Assembly: GCA_016748015.1 (NCBI GenBank)
Contig: JAAOMT010000597.1
Location: forward strand, 907,181-971,180
From: Geosiphon pyriformis uo1
Taxonomy: Eukaryota; Fungi; Glomeromycota
Length of the DNA: 64,000 bases
Direction of reading: 5' to 3'
Shown here one piece after another: positions 14,021 through 26,244 of the stretch. The notes beneath the pieces were generated by a model that saw only the letters and a list, made by a program, of their open reading frames with translations, was not told the DNA's origin and searched no databases. The position numbers and the translations under genes were made by a program. Each line of letters begins with the position of its first letter. The stretch's first letter is position 1.

Positions 14021-17000
14021 ATTACTAAATTATTTGAGTTCCTGTTTCTTTAAAAGATTTAAAAGTGCAATATATTGTTTGAGGTTTTTGTTGAAGTTTG
14101 AATTGTTGTTGTTGTTATTGCTATTGTAGTCAGAATAGAATTATTGTTGATATTATTATTAAAGTCTAAATTGTAATTGAATCTCAATTTCAATTTCAAA
14201 ATACATTTATTGATTGGTTTTTTTTCTTTAGAAATTGAATAAATTTATGCATAATAATAAATTATAAATAAGATTACAATTATTACAATATTCAAAGTCA
14301 TTAAAAATTAGGCAATATTTACAAAGTCTAGTATTTAATTATTTTAAATACTGCTTTTGTTTTTTTTAAGTAGGTGTTAAATCTTGATAATATTTATAAA
14401 ATTGTTTTGAATTATTCATAATATCAATAAATATGTTTGAATTGAAAATGAAAATAGTTTTAACAGGTTTTGATAGATTATTTTTAATTACTAATATTTT
14501 TCTGGACAAAATATCTTCAATTTTAGCAGTTGTTATTTTCCAAATCTTGTTTTTGTCATATAAACAACTGTCTAAATATGAAATTGCTCAATTTTATACA
14601 ATATAAAAGATATTTTTTTGCTCACCCAGTCACTTATAAGAATTATGTATTAATATAAAGCATTACATGTTTTTCTTTGACCAGAAATATTGTTCCATAT
14701 TTTTTTATTAAGTAATGTTTTTTTACAAATAAAACATAGTTTGTTGTCTTATTTTTCTTGTTATTTTAGATATTCAAAGTATTTTTTGTAACATGGTTTA
14801 CAATAATAATAGGTATATATTCAATAATTTTCTTTTAACAAGATCTAAGCTTTTATAAATAAAAGCTTTTTATTATAGTTAATATATTTAAGTAAAATAT
14901 AGAGCAGTTTTTTTTTGGTTCTAATAAGTAAAATACATGTCAACTATTAACTATTTTTTTGTGGTAATAGTGGCTGTTAGTTTATTTTCCTCTTTTTTTT
15001 TCCTTTTTTTGTATTAATTAAGTATTGGTAGTAATTTGTTATAGTTATTATTAGTTTATAAGACTTGATAAACTCTTAGGTAAATTTGTTGTTTTTTTTT
15101 CGAATTCTATTAATAATTGAGATAAAATTGTTTTAAAGTAACTACAGGTAGCTAGTATTCGAATATGCTAATTATTTTGACTGAACTGTAATTTTTGAGT
15201 ATTTTAGTTAAATATAACATTGGTCTTTGACAGCCAGTTATTACCAATAAGAACTTGATATTGTGTGGCTTTCATGATAAAAACTTTGATAAAAGTGACA
15301 ATACTATTGACTTTAAAAAAAAAGTTATTGATTTTGTTGATAAAAATCTTGGTGGCTCTATTAGTAATAATAATTTTAATGCTGACAGTACAATTAACTT
15401 GTGACTTAATTGGTTTATAAGTTGTTATGTAATAATGCTGTCTGCTAAATTATTATTAAGAATTAGTTTGATAGAATAGCCATCAATTTTGGCATCAGTA
15501 TACATAATAGTAATTAGTTTGTTATTAAAAAAGGCTTTACTAAAAAATAGGGTTTTTGATTGGTTTTCCAACTTAAATAAAAAAATAGTAGTTAATAATT
15601 TATTTTTTGTAACAATTGCTAATGAGATGTTGTTAATAAATAGTTGGTGATTGGTTTTTAAGTTGTTAGGTGAATTGTTTTTTGTTACAGCCAAAAGGCT
15701 TAAATAGTTCTGAAAATTCGGGTTTTAAATGTACTTACTTCTCAAATTTCTTGAATGTAATCTTGATATTTAATTTAAGAAACTGGATATCAGTTGGTGC
15801 ATAATTATTACTAATCTTTAGTTCTGTTGTATATATATAATTCTTGTTCTTTAATTTTTAGTTGATATTAAAGCTAAATTTTGTAATAGTGTTTGAATAA
15901 GTTAGAATTGATAAATTACTTGTGGCTGTGGTTAATAGATTACTAGTGTTAAAGTTTAATAAACTAAAAGTATATATATAAATTGTTATGTCATTTGGAA
16001 GTAATATGGTTAATATAGATATAATTTTAATGAAAAATTTTTGGTGTAGTTTTGAATTTAAAATCTGTGATCAGAGTTTTTATATTAGTTTTCTAATTAG
16101 AAATTATTAAATTTAATACAGCAATCTGTTTTTAAATGATCTTGTTTATTATAGTAATAACAATTACATGTTTCTTGCTGTTATGATTAATTTGTTAATA
16201 ATGATGACAAATATAATTAATTTAGAAATAATTAAAGTTTTTTTGATTTTTACGGTAAATAAATTGTCTAATTGTTAATTAAGTATTTTTTTAATTTTTG
16301 GTTAATAGAAGTACTAAATTGTTTCAACTTAAAATTCAATTTAGATGATTTATTTATGACTAGATTTACAGTTTGGACATGGTTGGCTTTAAGTTCAGCC
16401 AATTCAAAATGTCTGGCATAAATGACTGTATTCTGAAGAGTATTTGGGTGTATTAAACATACTTGTTGTAACAAACTACTATGTAATTCACAAATAAATT
16501 GATTTAGAATCTATAATGCTATAAAGTAGTTAGTATTGATTGTTTAAATTTAATGCAGATTTCTGTGGAAATTTTTTAAATAAGTGGTGACTGTTTCAGT
16601 ATTATTTTATTTAATAATAGTAAAGCTAATTAACAGGCAATTGATACTATTATTATTACTAAAATACTATAAAACCATGGTTTTAAATGTGTTAAAATCT
16701 TGATTTACAAGATTCTAATACCACAAGTTAACAATAGTCTAAAGAAAATATGAAATAGTTTAAAGTGTTCTGGCATTATTTTATTTATTGGTTGTAATGG
16801 CTTTTGCTATATTATTTAGCCATACTTAAACTTTGTTCTTTTTACTGGTAAATTTTTTTATTTGACAATTGGTGTATATGTCATTTATATAAGTAATAAT
16901 GTTGTTGTGGCTGTTGTTGTACAGCAATTGGTGCTATTAGTATTTGATTAATCAGAATAATAAGAAGTAAGTTTTCTGAAAAAATAGAAGTTGAATTTAG

Positions 17001-17429
17001 ATTATTCAAATTTGATTGGGTTTAAACAATTGAAATTATAATTTTTAGATTAATTGAGATTAGGTTTTGATTATTATTTTTCTAATTACTATTTTTTTTT
17101 AAATTGGTGTCTTTTTAATAACTGATAGATCCAAAATTTGGTTAAAGAAACAGCAATTAAAGTTTTAATAATATTATTAATTATGATTTAAATCTTTCAA
17201 AAAAATTGTTATAGATTCCTAATAATTTGTTTTTTTTTTAATTATTTTGGAATGATATTCTGAATAATAGTGTTTTCATAGTTAATAATAATATGAATCC
17301 AAATAGTATGTAGATAGTATTTTTTGGTATATAATAGTATAACAGGTAAATAGACATAATATTTTTAATAAAAAAATTTTGGCTTTTAAATTTTTTTTAT
17401 TAGATTATAATTTTTATTTGTAAATTTTT

Positions 17430-19669
17430 TTCCAAAAAAAAACTCTGTCTTCTTAATTTTATGATCACGACTAAAGCAAAGAGTAAAAAAGCTGTACTTA
17501 ATATTTTTTCTGAGATATCTAATAAAATTTTAACCAGAGGAGCTCTTTTTGTTGTAAAAACAATTAGGCAAAATATTTTAGAAGCTTTTTTTTTACTTAG
17601 TAATTGTGAAAAGCTGTCTTTGATAGCTACTGAAGCAATTTTCTTTTTTTTGGCTGGTTTTTTATCAGTTAAAGTTCTCTCAAAAAGACACACTTGAGTT
17701 AATCCTAGTGTTGTCTTCATCTTAATTAAGAGTCTAAAAGTTTTTAATAATAGACCAGTAAACAAGCTGGTCTTCCCTTTTGTAGCTTTATTATCTGGTG
17801 TTTTTAGTACTATCTCTTCAAAAAAAATGTTCAAAAAAACCAAAAGTTCAGAAAAATAGGAGCAATTGCTTGTCTCTGCTATTGTTATACTAAACCTTTT
17901 TGTGATTTCAATTGAGATCTTAGATAAAATTTCTTTTGTATTATTCAGCATATTATCCAAGATGAGCCAAAATCAACTATTAGCTGTGTTGCCAAATGTA
18001 GTGTTTTTTGGCAGATTTTTACTGGTTTTGGAAGTAAAGCAACTATCTTCTGTGGTTTCTGGTGCTGCCATTGGTGGTACTTAAGAAACTATTACTAATT
18101 GTCAAAAGTTTTTACTGAACAGGTGGTTTTCTTTCTGGTGCTTAGTACTATTTTTAAGATTAAATTGACTCATGTTAAGGCTGTTTTTCAGTCTATACAT
18201 GGTTTTTTGAGTGTAAAATCTGTTTTTAAGGACAATATAAAGCTCTTCTGTGTGAAGTTTGCATCTCAAAGTTCTTTAAATATTGCATTTTTGTTAAAAC
18301 TTACAAGCTTTGTTCACTTTATTACTCTCAAAATTGCCAAGTTTTTAGTGGTTTTTAAGTCTGGTTCCCTTTTTGCTGCTGTTGTATTATGTGATATGTC
18401 TTTAGTTGTATCTATTATTAATATTGGGACAGCTTTCAGTGTGTTTGGTAGTATCACTTATGTTGTGTTGAAACCTGCTGGCATTTGGCAATATGTGGTT
18501 GTTTTTTTTGAAAAATTAAACTCTGCTGTGTTTGTTTTGAATTATTGGTTAATTTTGATAGGCAAAAATAGTACTAAAATTCTTTCCTTGGTGAATCAGA
18601 ATAAAATTATTCTGTTTTATAATAGGTTTAAGACCAAGTTAGTCAATCTCCCCTCTGGCTGCATAGCTTTTGAAATTAATAATATAATTTTTCAAATTGG
18701 TAATTAGACATGTTTTATTTTCTATTTTTCTAAGTTTAGTTGTTGTTTCCAGTTTGTTTTGGTTATATTTGGTTTTTTAGTTGATTTGAATGCTACAGTA
18801 TTAAAGATTAGTACACTAAGAAAGTACTGTATCTAATAAAAAACTTCTGGTAATCAACACTGTTTTTAATGTCAAAGTTCAGATCATCTGGCTTTGAATT
18901 ATAAAATGTCTTCATTTTTTCTTTTTAAGACTCTCAAAATATTTATTTCTTATAGTATTGGTGACAAGTCTTATGTTAAAACTGCTGCTTTTGTGCTTTT
19001 TTCAGTTTTTAGTACTTTGAATGGTTTAGTTTTTTCTATTAAAATCATATCTGATAATTTTGTGGTCTCTTTTTGGTTAATATCTTTGGAATCTGATTTG
19101 GTCAAGCTTATTACTTTGGTTAATTTTATTGTTAAACCAATTGGCTCTATGGTTAAAATGTTTGAACAGTTTATTAATAGAAATTTGGCTTTAAGTAGTA
19201 AGATTGGCCTTAAGTTTAAAGAGGTTTTGGTATATATGGGTATTTTTAGCAAGGCTGTAAATAAGTTAGAGCAGAATATAGTTGCTTTAAAGAATAAATA
19301 TGATTTTAATAACATTGATATGACTGGCCTTTATGTGAATTTGTTTGATTTTAATGATAATATGTTTTCTAACTTAATGTCACTCTGGAAATATGAATCA
19401 GCTGATGTTAAATCAGATGTTTTTAGAACAGCTAATTGGTTAATAGATTTGGTCCCTATTAGTATTTTATTGTTTAAGATTATTCAAAAAATGTTATTTT
19501 TAAGTAAGTTTTCTTCTATTGTATTAAATATAGTATAACCTAAATTGGCTTCAGTAGCTGGTTATATGTAAAAAGCATGTGAACTATATTTAGCTCTAAA
19601 TCACTTAATTTGGTCCTAATTTTTAATTAATGGTTGGACCATACTCATTAAAACTTTAATAAAAAAAAA
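17430..19669 (+). mobile_element. ORF1-only non-autonomous retroposon, degraded copy
   Basis: ORF fragments 17461-17697, 17866-18084, 18099-18707 and 18894-19538 align in order to 60595-62724. Followed directly by the shared 3' UTR motif and poly-A (~19661-19669). No ORF2. Confidence 0.88.
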
Positions 19670-19699
19670 TTTTTTTCTTAATTTTTTAATTTTAAATAT

Positions 19700-20860
19700 A
19701 GTTAATTATTGTCTTAACTTAGAATATTATACAATTTTAATAAATTTAACTTTTAGATAATAATTGTTTAACTTTTTTAATATTATAATTGATTATAAAA
19801 TTGGTTTTTTTAAAAAAATATCTGTTATTTTTAATAATTGTAAATTAAATAAAGTTTTTTTAACTAAAGGCTATGATATCTTTATCATAAAAATTTTCAA
19901 AAAATATTTACAATTTTTAATTTCTGATTTGGTAAAATAATAATTAATAAAAAATTTATACTGTTTAAAAAAATTTAAAAACTCCAAATTAAAACAATTT
20001 TCTATTTTAAGATTTTTAAAACTGGTTTTTTTATAAAAAACAGTTTTAAGATTTGGTTTATTACAAATAGTTAAATTTTTAAATGATTTTCAGTACAATT
20101 CAAAATTTTTAAACTATTATAGTCATCAATATTTATTTTTCTTAATTTTTTAATTAATAAAATAATATTATTAAAACAAAATAATTTTCTTAACTTACTT
20201 AAACTACTATAATTTAACTCAGATTAAATTAAATAATATTTAAAACAATACAAGCTTTTTAATGTTTAATCTATAACTTTTTAATTAAATTATTATTATA
20301 ATACAAATATTTTAAAGCCAGATTGTTGGTTAAATCTAATCTTTTTAAAAGATTATTAAAACAATACAATTCTTCTAACTTGGTTAATTTAATTAAATTA
20401 GGACAGTTTTTAACTTAGAATTTATTTTTTCAGTTTACTTTATTAGAAATATCTATTTCAGTTATTTTATTGTTATTAATAAAATCATCATTATTTAGGG
20501 TTTTTACCAGATCTGATCGAGTTGTTTTTTTATTTAAGCCCAAATTATCTAATCTTATTTTGTTAGTATTGATTAATTATTGTTTGAATAAGAAAAAATT
20601 TTTAATTTCTTTAATTCTTTTATATTTAAGTCAGTTAAATAATTATTATGAATGTATAATTCTTTTATTTGTTCACAGTTTTTTATTTTCACATTAGTTA
20701 GTTTATTATAAGAAGTAATAATTTCTTTTAGTCTTGAACAGTTTTTAATAAGTAAATCTGTTAATTTATTATTACTCAAATTTAAACTAATTAATTTAGG
20801 AAAATTCTTAATTACTAATTTTTTTTTAAGTTCTGTTTGTTATAAGAATGGCTATGTTTT
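19700..20860 (-). pseudogene. Leucine-rich-repeat protein pseudogene
   Basis: Repeated LxxLxxxxNxLxxL units: KLVIKNFPKLISLNLSNNKLTDLLIKNCSRLKEIITSYNKLTNVKIKNCEQIKELYIHNNYLTDL, and further LTKLEELYCFNNLLKRLDLTNN. Contains stops and frameshifts. Confidence 0.8.
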
Positions 20861-20896
20861 TAATATAATATTATGTTGTAATACATTATGAAAATT

Positions 20897-23273
20897 ATAT
20901 TGATTTTAGACAAATAATATCTTTATATTCATTTCTGACAAAAAAACAAATAATATTATAAAGCTACTCTTGTCTTTTGTAATCTAATAAAGCCAGTATT
21001 AATATTAAAATGAATAAAGCTTTGATTTCTCTGATAATTTCAAAAATATTTGATTTTTTAACTTTTAATAAATTAAATTCAGTAAAAGCACTATTAGCAA
21101 TCAGCTGAGTTTTAACAATTCCAAGATTAGCAACTTTAAAAAAAAAATGCTGATATTTTTACAAACCACTTAATTTTTTAAAGAAAATTCATAACACTAA
21201 ATTGAGATCTAAGTATTGAAAGCCTTTTTTAGCTTTATAATATTAAGTTTTATTTAATCTAGCAACATTTGATCTTTTTATTACATCTACAATATAGTCT
21301 ATACAATCTATATTTGTTTTTTAATACAGTTTTTTAATCAATTCAAAACTACTATCACATTTAAATTTAGTATGTTCAAGTACCATGAAATTTAATTTGA
21401 TACTTTCATAATAACTGCAAATTATTAAATATAAATAAAATCAAATAGTAGCATTATTTTTATTTTGTCTTCTTGCATTATTACAAGTGATCTTCAAATA
21501 TTTTTTATCTTTATTTAATTTCTTTATTCTATTGAATACTATGCTCAGTGTACTCTTAGGATCTTTGCCAATTATTTCATCTTTATTGAAAACATGATTA
21601 ATTTGTTCATGTATTGCTTTATTTTGAATACCAAATAAATGTACTTTACATGGACTGAGATAATAAATTTTACTTACCTGTTGATCAAAATGGGGCACAT
21701 AAACATTTTGTGCCCAATTATAACTGTAATGAGTAGTAGCATCAATACTATAATAATCAGCTTTATCTCTTGTCATAAAATGCTCATTTACTAATTTTCT
21801 TTGCTCTTCTGCTAATTTTGCATTTTTGTTGTAATAATTTCTCTCTAATTTAGCTTTAACTAAATATTTTTTGAATTTTTTTAATAAATCTTTTGCTTCT
21901 TTTTCTCTACAAGCATTATACTATAAGCCATTCTGAAAATGTTGGCACGTGTCACATAAATCTATTTTTGGATTCATGATTTGAATATAAGGCATTAATT
22001 GGTGTCATAACTTGTAGAATGCATCATACTTTAACAATTTCAATGCGTTATCATTTTCAAGACCTGCAATAAAATTACAATAGTCTGATTTATAATTTGT
22101 TTCAGTTGGCAATAGTATAAGTGATTGAGTAATACAATTGATATTTCTACCAGAACTTGATAATCCATGAATTTCAGCATAATTTTTGAGAAAATTTTTT
22201 ATGATAGTAGCAATGATTATATCTATGGTTATTTTGGTTTTTTATCATGGCACTCTTTTTACATTACCATAAACACGTAGTATTATGCCATTTGTTGCTA
22301 GATAGTTTCTGATATTTTCGAAATAAGTATAACTAATTCCTAATATATTGAGATATATTTGCTGACAAAGTAGCGTATTGCAATCTTAATAGTAAAATGT
22401 TTGCTTATTAATACATGTTTTGTTTTTAAGACATCAGTTGGCAATTATTTCTTTATCATTCAGTGCTTTCAGTTGGACTATTAAAAATATATCTTGTTTG
22501 GATTTAGAGAAAGCTTGAAATGCCTCATACAATTCAACAAACTTTTCTTTTAGAATTATTTTTGAGCAACCACAATTGCAACCAATCTCTAAGAAACACA
22601 TTGCTTTTTCATATTCAGTAGAGCCATTGTAATTATTATTATTATTTATATATAGGTAATTCTATATATAAATTTTATCACTTTTATAACAGTAATTTAC
22701 ATATGTGTTCAAATAAAGACATTAATTTTGAGTTGATCTAAGACTCTAAACTATTTTACTATTATTGTAGTTTCTGTTGATCATTAAGTCTGGAATAAAT
22801 TATATTTGATTGAAACTTACATTACTACTCTGGCATTTTTAAGTTAATGGTCTAAGTAAAATACCAATGATAAATTCCAAAGAAAACTCCTTGTCATTTG
22901 ATCTAAAAAAATAACAAAATAAAATAAAATGCATTAAATTACAAATATTGTAGCAGTGTGATTCCATTTATTACCTTATTCAAAATACACAAGAATTACA
23001 ATGAAATTCAATAAAATGACTATTTTTATTTTAGCAATAATCAACTCAAATTCTATGACCACATTAATCTTATTGAGAATAATCAAACATAGACTTATCT
23101 TTCTTTTTTTTTGTTACACATTACCAGTATTTCAACCAATATAAAAGCATGATAATATTTAATTGCATACTCAATTACATAAGACAGTTTTTGTAGTTAC
23201 ACCCTCTATACAATTATCAGATTCCTGGGAACTGATAGGGCAACTGTAAAGGCATGACTATATATTTATCTAG
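20897..23273 (-). mobile_element. Sola-like DD(D) transposase pseudogene with upstream intron-like segments, copy 1
   Basis: Motifs DLCDTC, HYSYNWAQN, TCNNARRQNKN (from DNxxGQNKN), FMVLEHTKFKCD (GHT..CD) and C-terminal LYNIICFFVRNEYKDIIC. GT-AG intron-like segments at ~22760-22820 and ~22904-22973. The superfamily call is from motif recall. Confidence 0.7.
23193..23273 (+). other. Helitron-type 3' terminus (long hairpin + CTAG|T), copy 1
   Basis: Imperfect inverted repeat GTAGTTAC...ATCAG..TTCC/GGAA CTGAT...ATGACTAT, then ~8 nt, then CTAG (23270-23273) and T. Similarity to copy 2 ends here. Confidence 0.55.
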
Positions 23274-23279
23274 TAAACA

Positions 23280-24830
23280 AGATAATTTCATTTGTTCTTT
23301 CTCAAAAAGCTTTCATTTTTTTTTGTGTCTGCCCAACTTGTTATTCCAAAATCTATCAAATAGATGTCTCTACTGTCATTAACTAAAATATTTTTTTCTC
23401 AAATGTCATTTTGGAGAATGTCATGTTTGTAAATAGCTTCTAATGCCTTAAAAGCTCTTGAACTTTGCTGTTTCATTATTTTATGCTTATTTAATAGAGT
23501 ACCAACAATGGTCAATCTAATAATGAAACCTATTCTTCTTCCATAATATTCATAACAAACCAATTTTGAAAAATACTGTCTCTGGATATTAGCAAGACTT
23601 TTATAGATCTCTACTTTTTTTTGCATTTCTTCCAGAACATATGATAATGCTTTTGCCAAGTTGACAGTCTTTAAAGTAATTGTTTTACTGTAAAATTTGC
23701 ATAAGAGCATTTTATCACTTCAGCCTTGACCTAGTATATTTATAAACTTAAAATTTGTAAAAGCAAAATTATGTAGCTTGTTGGAAGCATTGGGTAATTG
23801 TTGATATATAGATATGTTGGTAGTTGATTGTTGATTTGCTAATTGGATAGAAAATAGATTAAAAAATTCAGGATTATCCTTTGTTTGTCGAGCCAAATAA
23901 GTGTATATCTTAAGCACTGGCGGAGATTTTGATTGTAGTGGAAGAGTTTCTGAGATTTAAAGTATTGTGTGCTCTCAGTATAGAAACTAGTAATTATTAT
24001 AAATAGTTGCAATACCATATTTACACTCATTTGCTTCCATATAATTGTAGATTTGTTGAATCACTATTTTTGCCTTGTCATTATTCTGATAAAACTCAGG
24101 AAATGTCTTTCCACCAATATCTTCTAACACACACTTTTTTTAGTTTTGATTACTAAGATTAATAATTCTCCAAGATGACAATTAAAGTCTGATATACCAG
24201 GAGCATGGGTTTGAAGCCTTGAAAAATTATAACCTTCTGATAACATAAGTCTATTTAACACTATACAAATGTTAGAATTCAAGGCATCATGAATATTTTC
24301 TTTATTAGTCATTACTCTATCTTTACTAAATTGTGGTCTCTCAAATCTCAGTTGTTGATCAAAGTGGAATTGGTTCACTTCTTCAAGAAAGTTATCCCAA
24401 AACAGTACACTTGTTAGTGGGTTACTATTGACTTTTATAATGGTTTTCAATATAACATCTGTTGAAAAATATCTTACGAGTGATGATATAAATAACAGTG
24501 CATCTTTCAAGCTAATTTTAACTAGAAAAGTAACTTCAGTTAGTGATAAATCTACAGTATAGAAAACCACATTACTATGTTTATTCTATTCTATGTACAC
24601 ATTACTCTATTTCTCCAAAAAAAGTATTTTTCTATCTACTAATGCTTTTCATTTTCATTCTTGTACTTTTTTTGTCTCAAATTTTTCTTCAATTCACATA
24701 ACTTATCTTCCTACTCACCTTCTATTAACTTTTTTAGCTTCTTATCTTTCTTTTTCAGCTCCTCTATGCATCTCTCATACTGGATTTTTATGTATTCTAA
24801 TTCACGTTTAATATCTTTAATGCTTGTTAT
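23280..24830 (-). pseudogene. Crinkler-type restriction-endonuclease-fold + protein kinase fusion, pseudogene
   Basis: Charged coiled-coil N-terminus; SDFNCHLGELLILVIKTK (PD..ExK decayed); QQIYNYM..NECKYG; kinase ILGQG*SDK, ITLK, KVEIY, ILQNDI (HNDI) and YLIDFG. Contains frameshifts and stops. Confidence 0.8.
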
Positions 24831-26244
24831 GCTGTTTGGTGTGTTTTTTATGATTTGGGAAGATATGGCTTAATATATGTTTGGTTCTTGTTAATAACAT
24901 TTCAGATCTTTGATTTATCAATATAAATTTACTATTTAGATACAAATTCATCTTTGTTAAATTATTACAATAATCAGAGTTTTTATCTCCTGTCATATGC
25001 TTATATTATATAATTGGTTTTTTAATAGTTATTGTATTTTGCAATATTCATTAATTGATAATTTGCCAGTTAAGAATATAAAATAATCTAAATTAAATAG
25101 AAAAATGTGATATCTATTTAATTAGTAAAAAATTTTCAAGTATAAATGCCAATTTTGGTTCTTACAACTACTATTAAACATGTAAAACTTACTTTTAAAA
25201 ACTATTCTTTTGCTTACAAAGAGTATAATATTACCAAATTTATATTATAAAGTACCAAAAATCTCAACAATTCAAGAATAGATATTACAATATAACAAAT
25301 TGTTTTTGGCACAGGCAACAAGAACAGCATTGCAGTTCAATTTAAATAAAAACTCTTCAATAGTAATTGAAATCAAAAATGAGCAATATAAAAGTAAGTC
25401 AAAGTAATAAGTTGAGTTTTTTACATGTTTTTGGACTTGAAAAAATTAATTTTACAATAAAAACCAATAAATTTATCTTCAAAATAATAAGCTTAATTTT
25501 TATATTTGGAATCACAAATGTTATTTTATGTCAAATAAAGCTTTTGTTAAAAAAGTAACAACATTTTGAATTTTATAAAAATAATTACCTAAGATTCCAG
25601 ATTATTAAATAATGTAATTTTCATATATATATGACTAGTTATGTGACCAAGTTATTTTTAAATATAACAAAACTGTTTTGGTTTTGTGTATTATTAATCT
25701 GCATTATACAATATTAATAGATTGATTATTATTTTCAAGTAAATTATTAATTAAATTATTTTTGTTTTAAATTAATATTATTATTGTTTTATTTATTTTA
25801 ATATTAAATTAAATTCATTTTATTATTTTAAAATAAAAATAATTGTAAGTTTTAAAATTGGAAAAAATTAAACCAGTATTAAATATATTTTTATTATTAT
25901 TTTGTATATATATATGTAATTTTATATTAATTTAAACTTATTAAATAAAAGTTTATATATTTTAATTTGTAAATAAAACAAATTTAATAATGTTATTTTT
26001 AAGTATTAATAAAATATAATTTAATTAAACTTAAAACATACAACAAAAATATTATTAACATATTTTTTATATATAACTAGTAATTTAAACTTATATTAAG
26101 TTATATAAATTAAAAAACTATTTGTTTTTATTTTATTTTAAATATTTATTTATTTTTTTATTTTAAACATATTTATATATTTAAGTTTTAAATTCTTTCA
26201 AAAAATTAAACAATTATAATTTTGAGATTAATTATGTATATTAA

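Larger units (their letters stand above)
8088..17340 (-). mobile_element. Ty3/Gypsy family A relic, copy 1 (5' LTR missing): gag, protease, Cys-rich region, dUTPase, RT, RNase H, integrase, extra ORF, 3' LTR
   Basis: Colinear with 31400-40331 in reverse. Protease MYTDAKIDGYSIKLILNNNLADSII (15425-15520), dUTPase ~14020-13620, RT ORF 12331-12549, integrase ~11600-9700. Many stop codons. Confidence 0.92.

Noticed and set aside
25700-26240. Organellar insertion or centromere core in ultra-AT tracts (also 42800-43030 and 47700-48600)
   Set aside because: No organellar gene or periodic repeat visible; most simply end-stage decayed repeats.
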